Virus record (IMG/VR): IMGVR_UViG_3300005686_000008 | DNA from: a virus | Lineage: Duplodnaviria > Caudoviricetes | DNA: 64,000 bases | Strand: one strand, 5' to 3' | Shown: piece by piece, positions 9,246 to 19,336 of the stretch | Layout of the letters: every line of letters starts with the position of its first letter | How positions within the stretch are numbered: the stretch's first letter is position 1 | Program-made: the position numbers and the translations under genes | The notes under the pieces: model-generated | What the model was told of the DNA's origin: nothing | Databases searched by the model: none | What the model saw: the letters and a program-made list of their open reading frames with translations, nothing else

Positions 9246-11915
9246 ATGTCAGCAGGAAGACCAAAAGGAAATTTTTCTATTGCTTGGGCTGGTGCGGTTA
9301 CAAATGATGCGGCATCTGGTTCTGTTGCGTGGACAAATCCTTCTAATGCTGGGTTGCAAGATGATTCTTGGGCTACAGCATCTTTAACAAATAATGATAC
9401 TCAATATCTAAAGGCAACAAACTTTAATTTAATTCCAAGCATTCCAGCTACTGCAACTATAATAAGATTGAGTCCTGTTGTAAAAGGAAAAAGGAATGTT
9501 ACTTCTCCTTCTATTACTGATGCAGAAATCAAGTTTATAAAATCTGGAGTAATATCTGGAAATAGCTTTTCCAATGGGTCTGAATTGGGATCTAGTCAGA
9601 ATGTTGGATCTCAAAGAAACACCGTTTATTATGGAAGAGATAATGATGAAACTGGTGGACTTTCCTGGTCTTATTCAGATTTGACAAATGATACAAATTT
9701 TGGATTTGCTTATAGAGTTCAATCAACAGGAACGGCAACTGCAAGCGTGGACGCTCTTGGATTAATGGTATATTGGCAAGACACTCCCTCTGCCGTATGT
9801 ACAGCAAAAAGCCCAACAACAGGACAGCCTTCGGGAACTTTTATTAATGTGGATGCTCATTCTAGTATTATTGGAGATTCTTCATGGGAAAGAGTAGGAT
9901 TTAGATGGACAATAAAAGGTCCAGATGGATGGTCTATGACCACATTAGATCCAAGAAGAGGAACTGATATTAATGGGATTTCTCATAAATGGTCAACAGA
10001 CCTTACTGGAAGAACCATTTCTATTTATGCAGATAGAGCTGGTTCGTATAAATTCTTTTTTGATATGTATTTAGAAAATGGAAGTGTATTACGAAGCAAT
10101 GTTGTAACAGTAATTATAGATGCTAAAGCAACAACAAAAAGATATCTGAAGCCATCTTCAGGAAATAATGGAAATGATGGATTAACTGAAAACACTGCAT
10201 GGCAAACATGGTCTTACGCATTAACAAACACTCCAAATGATTGTACACTAATACTAGTAGATGATGAGACAATAAATGTAACATCAACTTCATCAAAATC
10301 CAATTGGACAAGGGTTTTAGTAACAAGGTCTAATACCGGAACGAATAGGCCTACTTTTAATATATCTGCAAGTCAAGCGCTTGGTACATTTACTGGAGAC
10401 GTTGATCTTGTATTTAAGGATATCAATTTTGGAGATTATACTGCCTATTCTGAATCAACAGTTCCTTATTTGATAAATGGATATAGTCATACTAGGTTAG
10501 GTATTATAAACTGTATTGGAGATAGATTTAACTCGGTTGTAGAAATAACATCTTTAGGGTCTAGTGATGGTATATTCATAATAAATAACAACTTAGGTAA
10601 CTTTAGAAGATACGTTTTATTTGCAGGTGGAGACCGAGTAAAAAACGTAGTCATAGCTGGCAATATAGTAAAGAGCGCAACAACAACAGGAGGAGAAGCC
10701 GCAATACGATTAGCGGCAGCTACTACTATTGATTGTTCTACTGGATATGGAGCTAATATTTTCTGGAATACTGCTCAATATAATCAAGGAGTTGCAAATG
10801 CTCAATCTTTTGTAAGAGTTGGTTGGTCTGGAGTTGATATTTGGGCTAATAGAGTTGATAAAATGGCGTGGGCGTATGCAGAAGGAGCTAACGGGGATAC
10901 TGTAGTTTCTCATATTATGGGAAACAGATTTGACGGAAATGATATAACTCAATCTAACGTATCAATAACAAATCAAAGGAATTCTTTTGGGTCTTTTTTC
11001 TGCAATCAATTTTTTGACGAAATGGATAGACCTTGGATTGCATCAAAAGCACTTGATTCTCTTAATTGGATACAAATTGCAAATACAACATGGAAAACAA
11101 CAACAGGGACAACTAGCATTGTTAATATTGAAAACGCAGATGGGACAACAAATCCTGGAGATATTTGGGGATTAGAGTTCAAAAATAGTTTATTCATTGC
11201 TGGATCAAGTTGGAACAGTACATGGTTTAGAGACCCTTCTTCACAAGGAACATTTGGATCAAGAAGTGCTAATATATCAAGAAATGTTTATAATAAAGCG
11301 GCTTCTACTAACTGGAGAAATGCCGGAACTTCTTTGAATCTTTCTAGCTGGAATGCGCTAAGCACTGTTGCCAATGAAGCGGCTGAATCTACTTTAACTT
11401 TAGCAGATATAGATGCTTCTACAAACTGGCTTCCTTCATCTGGGTTTACTACGGCAAGAACAAATGCATCTCCAGAACCTGGAGTATATTGGGATTATAG
11501 ATTTGTAAATAGAGATAATTCCGCAATAACATGGTCAACTGGATGTACTGGAACAGAAAGCGTTCCGTCCGCTCCATCTTTTACTATTACTCCTGGTTCA
11601 AGTCAAAATACTTTAGTATTAGGAAGTATAGGTAGCCTATTGAAAAGATCCATTTTTAGGTCTCTTACTTTTAGCGGACCTTACAATTGGATAGCAGAAA
11701 CAACCTCAAGTAATTTTGTTGATAATTTAGATGACAATTTAGTTGCTAATGGATTGACAAATGGAGTGACTTACTATTATGTTGTAGTAAATATTGATTC
11801 AATAAGGAATGTTTCTCCTTTTAGTTCAGAAATGAGTGGAACTCCAAGTTCAGAAGGAAAAACTTTGTTTATAGGGAATAGAAGTGGAACTCCATATTTC
11901 ATTTTTAACTCATAA
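9246..11915 (+). CDS. putative tail/receptor-binding protein (beta-helix, C-terminal FN3-like)
   Basis: GNNGNDGLTENTAWQT motif typical of beta-helix starts; GLTNGVTYYYVV..S..S FN3-like end. Confidence 0.6.
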   Translation: MSAGRPKGNFSIAWAGAVTNDAASGSVAWTNPSNAGLQDDSWATASLTNNDTQYLKATNFNLIPSIPATATIIRLSPVVKGKRNVTSPSITDAEIKFIKSGVISGNSFSNGSELGSSQNVGSQRNTVYYGRDNDETGGLSWSYSDLTNDTNFGFAYRVQSTGTATASVDALGLMVYWQDTPSAVCTAKSPTTGQPSGTFINVDAHSSIIGDSSWERVGFRWTIKGPDGWSMTTLDPRRGTDINGISHKWSTDLTGRTISIYADRAGSYKFFFDMYLENGSVLRSNVVTVIIDAKATTKRYLKPSSGNNGNDGLTENTAWQTWSYALTNTPNDCTLILVDDETINVTSTSSKSNWTRVLVTRSNTGTNRPTFNISASQALGTFTGDVDLVFKDINFGDYTAYSESTVPYLINGYSHTRLGIINCIGDRFNSVVEITSLGSSDGIFIINNNLGNFRRYVLFAGGDRVKNVVIAGNIVKSATTTGGEAAIRLAAATTIDCSTGYGANIFWNTAQYNQGVANAQSFVRVGWSGVDIWANRVDKMAWAYAEGANGDTVVSHIMGNRFDGNDITQSNVSITNQRNSFGSFFCNQFFDEMDRPWIASKALDSLNWIQIANTTWKTTTGTTSIVNIENADGTTNPGDIWGLEFKNSLFIAGSSWNSTWFRDPSSQGTFGSRSANISRNVYNKAASTNWRNAGTSLNLSSWNALSTVANEAAESTLTLADIDASTNWLPSSGFTTARTNASPEPGVYWDYRFVNRDNSAITWSTGCTGTESVPSAPSFTITPGSSQNTLVLGSIGSLLKRSIFRSLTFSGPYNWIAETTSSNFVDNLDDNLVANGLTNGVTYYYVVVNIDSIRNVSPFSSEMSGTPSSEGKTLFIGNRSGTPYFIFNS

Positions 11916-11924
11916 GGATATTTT

Positions 11925-12233
11925 ATGCCAATTATAGATGGTGGAAATGCAAATGATTCTTTTACTCAAAGCGTTAACGGAGGGTCTGCTAATTCAAGAT
12001 TTAATGATAATCTTGTTGGAGGTAATGCTAACTATAATTATGCAACATCTAATGCAGATTTAATATTTTTTATGAACCTAAAATTAGATACAACAGATTG
12101 TTGGTCTAGCTTTAATAAAAAATATAAATATTATCAGTTTTTAGTTCAAAATTCTCAAATTAAAAGCTTTTATAGACCAGATAATTTACCAGAAGAACCA
12201 ATTCCATCCGATAACCCAATATTAACATGTTAG
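11925..12233 (+). CDS. hypothetical protein with D/N-GG-x-A-N repeats
   Basis: IDGGNAN, VNGGSAN, VGGNAN repeats. Confidence 0.55.
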   Translation: MPIIDGGNANDSFTQSVNGGSANSRFNDNLVGGNANYNYATSNADLIFFMNLKLDTTDCWSSFNKKYKYYQFLVQNSQIKSFYRPDNLPEEPIPSDNPILTC

Positions 12234-12241
12234 GATATAAA

Positions 12242-12589
12242 ATGATTAAAATACTGTTAGCAATTATTGCAATATTGATGGCTGGTCCAGAACAAGAAAA
12301 ACCATACGTCGTTATTTATCCTATACAAGATTTAGAAATGGTCCTTCCAAACTATACAGAGGCTCCTCAACTAGATTTGAGCGCTATTCTAAGCGGGAAT
12401 AATCAGGGAAGCATATTTAGAGATGGTCAACCTCAGAATATAGTTACTGAGAAAAACTCTCAAGCCATTATTGAACTCATAGAAAATATTGTTGAACCTG
12501 AAGTTTGGGGAACGGAGGCTACTATCCGTTATTGGAAAGGAAATCTTATAATAAACGCCCCAAAAAGAATTCATGACAAAATCTACTGA
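12242..12589 (+). CDS. secreted protein, secretin N-domain-like
   Basis: Signal peptide; YPIQDL..IIELIENIVEPEVW..GNLIINAPKRIHDKI pattern. Confidence 0.5.
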   Translation: MIKILLAIIAILMAGPEQEKPYVVIYPIQDLEMVLPNYTEAPQLDLSAILSGNNQGSIFRDGQPQNIVTEKNSQAIIELIENIVEPEVWGTEATIRYWKGNLIINAPKRIHDKIY

Positions 12590-12658
12590 TTCATTGTAGG
12601 AATATTGCTCGTTTGTCGTTAATCTATCTTGAGTCCCCAAACACAGGAGAAACGATAA

Positions 12659-13717
12659 ATGGCAATACTTGAATATTTGTGGTTAGATGGTTACGCTCAT
12701 AATGAAGAACATCCTCAAGATGTAGCAAACATTCGTTCCAAAGTAAAAGTTATTGAAGGCAATAAGATAGGAAGTATTGAGGATCTTCCTCTTTGGAGTT
12801 TTGACGGTTCTAGTACCATGCAGGCTTCTGGCAATAAAAGCGATTGCCTATTGAAGCCTGTTTTTGTTTGTAATAATCCTTTGCGTTTTTCTTCTAGTCA
12901 CTCAACTCATATTGTGATGTGCGAAGTTTTAAATGCGGATGGAACTCCGCATAAAAGCAATGCTAGAGCAAAACTGACTGAAGTATGGAATAAGCATAAA
13001 AAACATAAGATGTGGTTTGCTCTAGAACAAGAATATGCAATCTACGATCAATATGGAGAGAATCCTTATATGTGGCCAGATAATGGTTATCCCTCTCCGC
13101 AGGGTCGTTATTATTGCGGCGTTGGCTCTGATGTTGCTTGGGGACGACAAATAAGCGATGAACATCTTGAGGCTTGCATTGATGCCGGACTGCCAATATC
13201 AGGCACGAACGCAGAAGTTATGCCTTCTCAGTGGGAATATCAAATTGGACCTAGCGAGGCTCCAACAATCGCAGACCAACATTGGGTTTCTAGGTTCTTG
13301 TTAAATCGTATTGCTGAAAAATATAAGGCTACTATCAAGCTTGACCCAAAGCCAGTCAAGGGGGATTGGAATGGAACTGGTTGTCATATTAATTTCAGCA
13401 CTGAAGAGATGAGAAAAAATCTCAACATTCAAGATGTTGAAATCATTTGCAAGGCATTGGAAAACAATATTCCAAAACATCTTTCAATGTATGGCAAATG
13501 CAATGAACAAAGACTGACTGGCAAGCATGAAACCTGTTCTATTCATCAGTTTAGATACGGAGATGCAGATAGAGGCGCTTCTATTCGTATTCCGCCAGGC
13601 GTCCTAAAGGCTGGCAAGGGGTATTTGGAGGATAGAAGACCTGCCGCAAATATAGACCCATACGAGGCTTGCATGGTTCTTATGGATACTGTTTGCGGAG
13701 TGTATCAGCCTTCTTGA
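12659..13717 (+). CDS. glnII: glutamine synthetase type II
   Basis: EYLWLDG, WSFDGSST, EQEY, PQGRYYCGVG, NAEVMPSQWEYQIGP, GDWNGTGCH, RLTGKHET, RGASIRIP, YLEDRRPAAN. Confidence 0.95.
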   Translation: MAILEYLWLDGYAHNEEHPQDVANIRSKVKVIEGNKIGSIEDLPLWSFDGSSTMQASGNKSDCLLKPVFVCNNPLRFSSSHSTHIVMCEVLNADGTPHKSNARAKLTEVWNKHKKHKMWFALEQEYAIYDQYGENPYMWPDNGYPSPQGRYYCGVGSDVAWGRQISDEHLEACIDAGLPISGTNAEVMPSQWEYQIGPSEAPTIADQHWVSRFLLNRIAEKYKATIKLDPKPVKGDWNGTGCHINFSTEEMRKNLNIQDVEIICKALENNIPKHLSMYGKCNEQRLTGKHETCSIHQFRYGDADRGASIRIPPGVLKAGKGYLEDRRPAANIDPYEACMVLMDTVCGVYQPS

Positions 13718-13741
13718 CTTGTGAAATTTACCGACTACAAT
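13714..13741 (+). promoter_or_regulatory. sigma70-like promoter for RNase P RNA
   Basis: TTGACT-16 nt-TACAAT, ending 7 nt before P1. Confidence 0.6.
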
Positions 13742-13747
13742 AGATAA

Positions 13748-13959
13748 GACAACAAGGTTCGATCTATCGCTCTACCCCGTAAGGGATGAGAGGAAGTTCG
13801 CGACTGCACCACCTACCGTTGGAGGCCTAAACAGCCGTTCGGACAACGTAAGCAGCAACTCAAACAGTCTGAGAGCGTCGGTGGCTCTATGAGGACGGGT
13901 TGAGGCCATTAGAGAAATGATAGAATAGAACAGAATCGCGGCTACGGAATCTTGTTGTT
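13748..13959 (+). ncRNA. rnpB: minimal RNase P RNA
   Basis: P1 GACAACAAGGTTC/GAATCTTGTTGTT; CR-I GAGGAAGTTCGCGAC; CR-V AACAGAATCGCGGCTAC (P4-type pairing); P2 TCTATC/GATAGA; T-run after. Confidence 0.8.
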
Positions 13960-14036
13960 TTTTATTTCATTGTGAAGGAATTGGCGATGCTCCGATAGAA
14001 ATACGAAATAACCCATGTTAACGCAGGAGACCGATA

Positions 14037-14354
14037 ATGAGCGCCATACTTTACATTGACACAACAGATAAAAACGTTTACTCTTTCCTTCCAGATGTTA
14101 CTGGTAAGGCAGTTATCGGTCTCGATTTGCCGCCTGGCGTTCCTGTTCAACTGCTTATAACTCAAGTTCAAGCCTTTATAGCAGGAATAACTCGATTCCC
14201 TATTCCTGTCATAATTAAGGCAACGTTTGCAGATCCTCCGATGCCTCCTCCGCCAAGCCCATCTCCAAGTCCGGCTCCTGAACCTTCCCCATCTCCAAGC
14301 CCGGCTCCTGAGCCATCACCATCTCCGTCTCCTTCCCCAAGTCCTGCTCCATAA
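14037..14354 (+). CDS. hypothetical protein with Pro-Ser-rich tail
   Basis: SD AGGAG; PSPSPSPAPE repeats. Confidence 0.65.
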   Translation: MSAILYIDTTDKNVYSFLPDVTGKAVIGLDLPPGVPVQLLITQVQAFIAGITRFPIPVIIKATFADPPMPPPPSPSPSPAPEPSPSPSPAPEPSPSPSPSPSPAP

Positions 14355-14371
14355 CATAGATTGAATATAAA

Positions 14372-14677
14372 TTGAACGCAGGATATTATGATAGAAATGA
14401 ATCGCTAGAACTCTTCTTAGAAAGACAGAGAAGATATGCCCTTATAATGAAGGGAACTCCTGAAGAACAGTCCAAACTGAAAAAGTTATGGATAGAAGCT
14501 AGTAGGCTCGCTGGTAGTGATTGGTGCGAATATTCTAATGAAGAAACAACCGATAAGGGTATAGAGGAGTCTGCTAAATTATTGGGCGAGTTTAGGATTC
14601 TCCTTGCAAACATTCTTCATCGTGAGGAAACAAAATGGCAAAGCGAGAATCAAACAAAAAGCAGTTTGGAAGTATAG
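14372..14677 (+). CDS. hypothetical protein
   Basis: ORF, TTG start uncertain. Confidence 0.5.
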   Translation: MNAGYYDRNESLELFLERQRRYALIMKGTPEEQSKLKKLWIEASRLAGSDWCEYSNEETTDKGIEESAKLLGEFRILLANILHREETKWQSENQTKSSLEV

Positions 14678-14973
14678 ACACTGTTATATCTTTTTTACAA
14701 ACTAGACCTGATGTTGGCGGGTTTATCATACAAAAGAACGAAGATACCATAGAGTTTGATGGTTATTTTTCAGACGAGTTTTTGGGCAAAACACCAGAAG
14801 AGGCCTTTGGCACGCTTACCGTAGTCATAGCATCTATGAGAAACATGGCCGATACTCTTACGAAAAGACTCATAGCCTTATCTGGTGTGCCAGAAAATGA
14901 TGTCAAAAAAGGTATATCAGAAATGTATTATGAGATTTCTAAGACAGAACCAAACAAGAAAGATGACGACTAA
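14635..14973 (+). CDS. hypothetical protein
   Basis: SD GAGG; ORF. Confidence 0.6.
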   Translation: MAKRESNKKQFGSIDTVISFLQTRPDVGGFIIQKNEDTIEFDGYFSDEFLGKTPEEAFGTLTVVIASMRNMADTLTKRLIALSGVPENDVKKGISEMYYEISKTEPNKKDDD

Positions 14974-14988
14974 ATAAAAGGCTGTTAT

Positions 14989-15222
14989 ATGATAAAGGGA
15001 CTCGCTGCAACGATGGATACCTTTATGACTCTGATGATGTCGTTTGTTCTTTTTGTGACTTTTGGATTTCTTGGAACATTTGTAAATGGCTGGTTCTTTT
15101 TTGCGAACGCATTTCTGATTGTTTACTTGCTGTTTTTTATTCCGGCAAGAAATAAAGCTCTTCAAATGGAAGAAATCTTTGAAAGCGACTCCAAGAATAG
15201 CGGTCCCAAGCCCTCCCATTGA
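14989..15222 (+). CDS. small membrane protein
   Basis: Two hydrophobic segments. Confidence 0.55.
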   Translation: MIKGLAATMDTFMTLMMSFVLFVTFGFLGTFVNGWFFFANAFLIVYLLFFIPARNKALQMEEIFESDSKNSGPKPSH

Positions 15223-15237
15223 TGAAGAAAGCGGCTA

Positions 15238-15248
15238 GACTAAACTTT
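15238..15248 (+). promoter_or_regulatory. conserved GRCTAAACTTY motif (one of 9 copies)
   Basis: Copies at 15238, 21867, 27886, 34075, 41964, 46045, 48901, 51304, 61672, all at gene boundaries; several have TTGNNN 16-17 nt before TAAACT. Confidence 0.6.
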
Positions 15249-15258
15249 TGCCGCAGAG

Positions 15259-16305
15259 ATGAAGGATACTATGGAAGCGAAAGCGATCCTGTCAATACCT
15301 GAAAATCAACCTGAGAGAATCTTCCCGAATTCGGAAGATGAAGCAAAGAGTGTTTTCCGGAAGTTGATAAAAGAGTGGCATCCAGACCACAATAAGAGCA
15401 GCGAAGCTCAGCAGGTAACATCTCACTTGCAAAAACTCTATGACGAGGTAATCGGTCGTATTCAAAAAGGAACCTGGTCTCTTCCTAACACCCTAACTTT
15501 TAAGGGTGTTGATGGTAAAGTTAGAACGGTCAAGTATCGTCGTAAGCGCAGTTTTGAACTGGGAGATTTTGCATACGGCGATAGAGTTGTATGCTATGTA
15601 GTAAAACCTGATTGCAAAGACTTGTTTGGCAGGGGACTTGAAACTATCAAGCATGGATTCAAGTACGAAAACAAGGAAATGGAAGAGGAAATTTCCAGGT
15701 ATCTTCCTAATCCTCTTGATTCTTTCGAGACTCAAGACGGTCATATGGTTCTTGTTCTTTCAAAGACTCCTGACGTTTTCCTGCTTCAAGATGTGTTAGA
15801 CCATTTCGGCGGAACTATTGATCCGAAGCATGTGGCATGGATTGTAAGCTGCATGCTTAATCTTGCATGCTACATGAGATACGCCGGAATAACCCATAAC
15901 GCGCTGTCAACAACCAATCTCTTCATTTCTCCACAATTTCATAGCATGGTCATACTCGGAGGTTGGTGGTATTCACAAAAAGTAGGGAAAAAGCTTGAGG
16001 CACTTCCTAGAATGTCGGCAGATATCGCTCCTATGGAGATGTTGGCCGATAAGATTGCAGACCACAAACTAGACCTTATGCTTGTCAGGGATATTGGGCT
16101 GGAACTTCTTGGTGATTCTTCTGGTTCTACTTTGCTACATGATGGCAAGACTCCTCAACCGTTAGTCAATTTCTTTAGAAGCATTACTGATGGTAACGCT
16201 TTTCAAGAGTATGAACGTTGGACGAAAAAGATTCTGATTGACAGTTTCGGCAAACGTCGCTTTGTCGAAATGAAAATTGAAGCAAGCGACATTTATAAGG
16301 ATTGA
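15259..16305 (+). CDS. J-domain (HPD) + degenerate protein kinase-like domain protein
   Basis: FRKLIKEWHPDHN J-domain motif; C-terminal HVAWI..L..ITHNAL..NLFI kinase-like fold. Confidence 0.7.
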   Translation: MKDTMEAKAILSIPENQPERIFPNSEDEAKSVFRKLIKEWHPDHNKSSEAQQVTSHLQKLYDEVIGRIQKGTWSLPNTLTFKGVDGKVRTVKYRRKRSFELGDFAYGDRVVCYVVKPDCKDLFGRGLETIKHGFKYENKEMEEEISRYLPNPLDSFETQDGHMVLVLSKTPDVFLLQDVLDHFGGTIDPKHVAWIVSCMLNLACYMRYAGITHNALSTTNLFISPQFHSMVILGGWWYSQKVGKKLEALPRMSADIAPMEMLADKIADHKLDLMLVRDIGLELLGDSSGSTLLHDGKTPQPLVNFFRSITDGNAFQEYERWTKKILIDSFGKRRFVEMKIEASDIYKD

Positions 16306-16308
16306 ATA

Positions 16309-17217
16309 ATGGGAAATTCACGTTGGGATAGCGATAGTTGGACGAGTTATAGCGCTTCTGTTTCTTCGGCCCCTCGCGCAGCCATTTTTACCAGTAATGG
16401 AATGGATGATTCCCTTGATCCCAAGAAGATCAAGTTCCGTGAATCTGTTGATTCGGCTGCAAATCCGAATTCAACTCCCATTATGATTGGGGTTGATGAA
16501 ACTGGTTCAATGGGCGCTCTTGCTGAACAGATTATCAAGGAAGGCCTTGGAATCGTTATGAAGGAGATTTACGAGCGCAAGCCCGTTACTGATCCTCATT
16601 GCCTTTTGGCCGGCGTTGGCGATGCTGCTGCTGACCAGTCTCCTCTTCAGGTGACTCAGTTTGAGGCGGCTGTTGAGCCTTTGACAAAGCAGATTGAGAA
16701 GATTTACCTTGAAGGTAATGGCGGCGGCAACAACGGCGAGTCTTACAATCTCCTCTGGTACTTCGCTGCTCATAAGACGAAGTGCGATGCGATTAGCAAG
16801 CGCAAGCGCAAGGGGTATCTCTTCACTGTTGGTGACGAGAGGGTTCTTCCTAGCCTTACGAAGAGCCAGATCCAGAGGATTTTCGGCGATGATGTAGAGT
16901 CTGATATCAAGACCAAGGATCTTCTCAATCAGGTGAAGAAGCACTGGGAAGTCTTCCATATCATCGTTGAAACCAGCGCAACAAGGGATCAGGGCGCTAT
17001 TGAAAACTGGCGCGAGATTCTTGGCGAACGTGCTATCGTTATCCCCAACAAGGATAGTCTCGCAGAGATTATTGTTTCAACCATTCAGGTCAACGAAGGC
17101 GCTGACGCTGATAAGGTTGCTGATTCTTGGGACGGTTCAACTGCTGTTGTTGTTCGCGATGCTCTCAAGAACCTGAGTAAGTCATCCAGCGGTTCGAGCG
17201 ACCTGGTTCGCATGTAA
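16309..17217 (+). CDS. vWA domain protein
   Basis: MIDAS DETGSMG; GGGNNGESY; FTVGDE. Confidence 0.8.
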   Translation: MGNSRWDSDSWTSYSASVSSAPRAAIFTSNGMDDSLDPKKIKFRESVDSAANPNSTPIMIGVDETGSMGALAEQIIKEGLGIVMKEIYERKPVTDPHCLLAGVGDAAADQSPLQVTQFEAAVEPLTKQIEKIYLEGNGGGNNGESYNLLWYFAAHKTKCDAISKRKRKGYLFTVGDERVLPSLTKSQIQRIFGDDVESDIKTKDLLNQVKKHWEVFHIIVETSATRDQGAIENWREILGERAIVIPNKDSLAEIIVSTIQVNEGADADKVADSWDGSTAVVVRDALKNLSKSSSGSSDLVRM

Positions 17218-17242
17218 TCTCGCTTCAACAGGAGAATGTTAG

Positions 17243-18502
17243 ATGAACGTCACGGCAGTCATTGGCGCTAACTTCGGAGATGAAGGCAAGGGCCTAATGA
17301 CCGATTATTTCAGCGATAAAAAGACTGTCGTGGTACGACATAATGGCGGAGCGCAGGCTGGACACACTGTTGTTACTCCTGATGGTATTCGCCATGTATT
17401 TAGTCATTTTGGTAGCGGTACTCTTGCGGGTGCCGCTACCTTTCTTGGCCCTCGCTTTATTATCAATCCTCTTCTCTGGAAGAAAGAATTGGGGATTCTA
17501 AAGAAGATGGGTTTTGACCCAAAGGTTTTCTATGCTGGCGGGCTTGTAACCACTCCGTATGACATGCTAATTAACGAAGAGATCGAACGGTCTCGCGGAG
17601 ATGGTCGTCATGGCTCTTGCGGCGTTGGGATTAATGAGACAGTAACCCGTCATTATTCGGAAAAGTTTGCTTTTCCTCGTCTTAGGATTGACTCTAAGTG
17701 TAATATCCTGACTCGCAATAAAATTGTCAATACCGTAAAAAATATTCGCGACGAATATTGCGCTGCTCGCATCAAGGAGATTGGACTTTCTCCCAAGGCT
17801 TCATTCTACAGTATTTTCAATTCCGAAGCCTTACTTGAACGTTATGTTGACAATGTTATTGAGTTTGCCGAGCATTGCATCGAAATCAACACGGATGCCC
17901 AGGGTCTTAGAACTATGGGCATTCATCTTGGCGGCGAAGTCAATAACCTTGTGTTTGAAGGAGCGCAAGGTCTCCTTCTTGATGAAGAGCATTATTTCTT
18001 CCCTCATGTAACTAGAAGCAAGACTGGCCTAAATAACGTTCTTGATATTTGTCGCCAGTTTGAAATTAAAGAGGCTGATGCAACTTATGTTACTAGAGCG
18101 TATATGACCCGTCATGGACAAGGCCCATTTCCTAGCGAAGAAAAAGAACTCAAGTACGAAGATAAGACAAATGTTACTAATGAGTTTCAGGGAAGCCTTC
18201 GTTTTGGCTCTCTTGATGTTGACCTTACAAGCAAGGCTATTAGGAACGATCTTATCCTAGCTAGCGATAGGTTCTTTGAGCATACTGGTTGGGAACCCAT
18301 CAAGGTAAATCCTTCAATAGCTATTACCTGTCTTGATCAGGTCGGAAAAGAGATTTGTGTTTATGATGATGGAGAGAGATTTACTCTCAATGATGTTAAT
18401 GATCTGGTAGATATTTTTGTTGATAAGTGTAATATCCATGATTTTTATACAAGTTATGGCCCAACAAGAGCAAAAATATCTCCTCTATGCGTTGGAAAGT
18501 AA
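17243..18502 (+). CDS. purA: adenylosuccinate synthetase-like protein
   Basis: GANFGDEGKG, GGAQAGHT, FEGAQGLLLD, PHVTRS, RAYMTRHGQGPF. Confidence 0.85.
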   Translation: MNVTAVIGANFGDEGKGLMTDYFSDKKTVVVRHNGGAQAGHTVVTPDGIRHVFSHFGSGTLAGAATFLGPRFIINPLLWKKELGILKKMGFDPKVFYAGGLVTTPYDMLINEEIERSRGDGRHGSCGVGINETVTRHYSEKFAFPRLRIDSKCNILTRNKIVNTVKNIRDEYCAARIKEIGLSPKASFYSIFNSEALLERYVDNVIEFAEHCIEINTDAQGLRTMGIHLGGEVNNLVFEGAQGLLLDEEHYFFPHVTRSKTGLNNVLDICRQFEIKEADATYVTRAYMTRHGQGPFPSEEKELKYEDKTNVTNEFQGSLRFGSLDVDLTSKAIRNDLILASDRFFEHTGWEPIKVNPSIAITCLDQVGKEICVYDDGERFTLNDVNDLVDIFVDKCNIHDFYTSYGPTRAKISPLCVGK

Positions 18503-18505
18503 TAA

Positions 18506-18958
18506 ATGGATAACATACTGTTTGACATTCGAGGCGATAAAGGGCAGTTCAAAGCCGCAATGGATTATATCAAATCTATTGCTCCAGGCGGCAAAGCCGT
18601 TCGCTATGCTATTGTTCCCACAAAAGGATTGGTTCTTTTCTGGCATGAACAAGATGATAAAATTGTTAAACTAGACTTCCCGTATATAACAGATCCTAAA
18701 TGGAATAAGGATACTGCCAAATCTTTTAATGTTGAACTTAAAAAGTTTGATATTCCTTGGGAGAAGTTTGTAGAGGCGTGGGTTTTTTCTACAGATCCTA
18801 CTCAGTTTGAACTTGATGAATGGGAAAGAGACCTAGAAGATTTTGATGGTAGCACTGGTAATGGTTTTAGAATAACTTGCGATACATGGGGTCATGTTGG
18901 TGGAAACCATTATGCATTTGCTATCATAAAGCCGATTTTTGCATGGTATGGCAAATAA
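18506..18958 (+). CDS. hypothetical phage protein
   Basis: Packed ORF ending PIFAWYGK. Confidence 0.65.
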   Translation: MDNILFDIRGDKGQFKAAMDYIKSIAPGGKAVRYAIVPTKGLVLFWHEQDDKIVKLDFPYITDPKWNKDTAKSFNVELKKFDIPWEKFVEAWVFSTDPTQFELDEWERDLEDFDGSTGNGFRITCDTWGHVGGNHYAFAIIKPIFAWYGK

Positions 18959-18971
18959 AAGGAATTGAAAT

Positions 18972-19331
18972 ATGAGTATTGGAACCTCAGAAGCAAAGAG
19001 TATGCTCAAGAAATGGAACAGCCTTCAAAAGGTTGCTGATAAGCTAGGTCTTTACATTTCTGATGAATATTCAGATCAAGACTATGAATATGTAGTTGTC
19101 CCAAAGAATATGAAGAGGCATCTTCCTGTCCTTATTGGTCTTCATGATCAAAATGGGTTCCGCAACAATTTCCCAATTTGGTATCTTGAAAATATGGATA
19201 GCATTTTAGACTTCCTTGGAGGCATTGCGCTTTCTCAAGGGAAAGTCTTGACTGTAGAAGATAACGATCATGACAAATGGATTCTTGCAGATCCTGAAAA
19301 GTTTAGCGCTAAAGACCTGAACAGGGATTGA
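18972..19331 (+). CDS. hypothetical protein
   Basis: SD AAGGA; ORF. Confidence 0.6.
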   Translation: MSIGTSEAKSMLKKWNSLQKVADKLGLYISDEYSDQDYEYVVVPKNMKRHLPVLIGLHDQNGFRNNFPIWYLENMDSILDFLGGIALSQGKVLTVEDNDHDKWILADPEKFSAKDLNRD

Positions 19332-19336
19332 TATAA

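Noticed and set aside
17243-18502. PurZ / Z-genome pathway
   Set aside because: Has the PurA-type GDEGKG (catalytic Asp), not the PurZ GSTGKG-type motif
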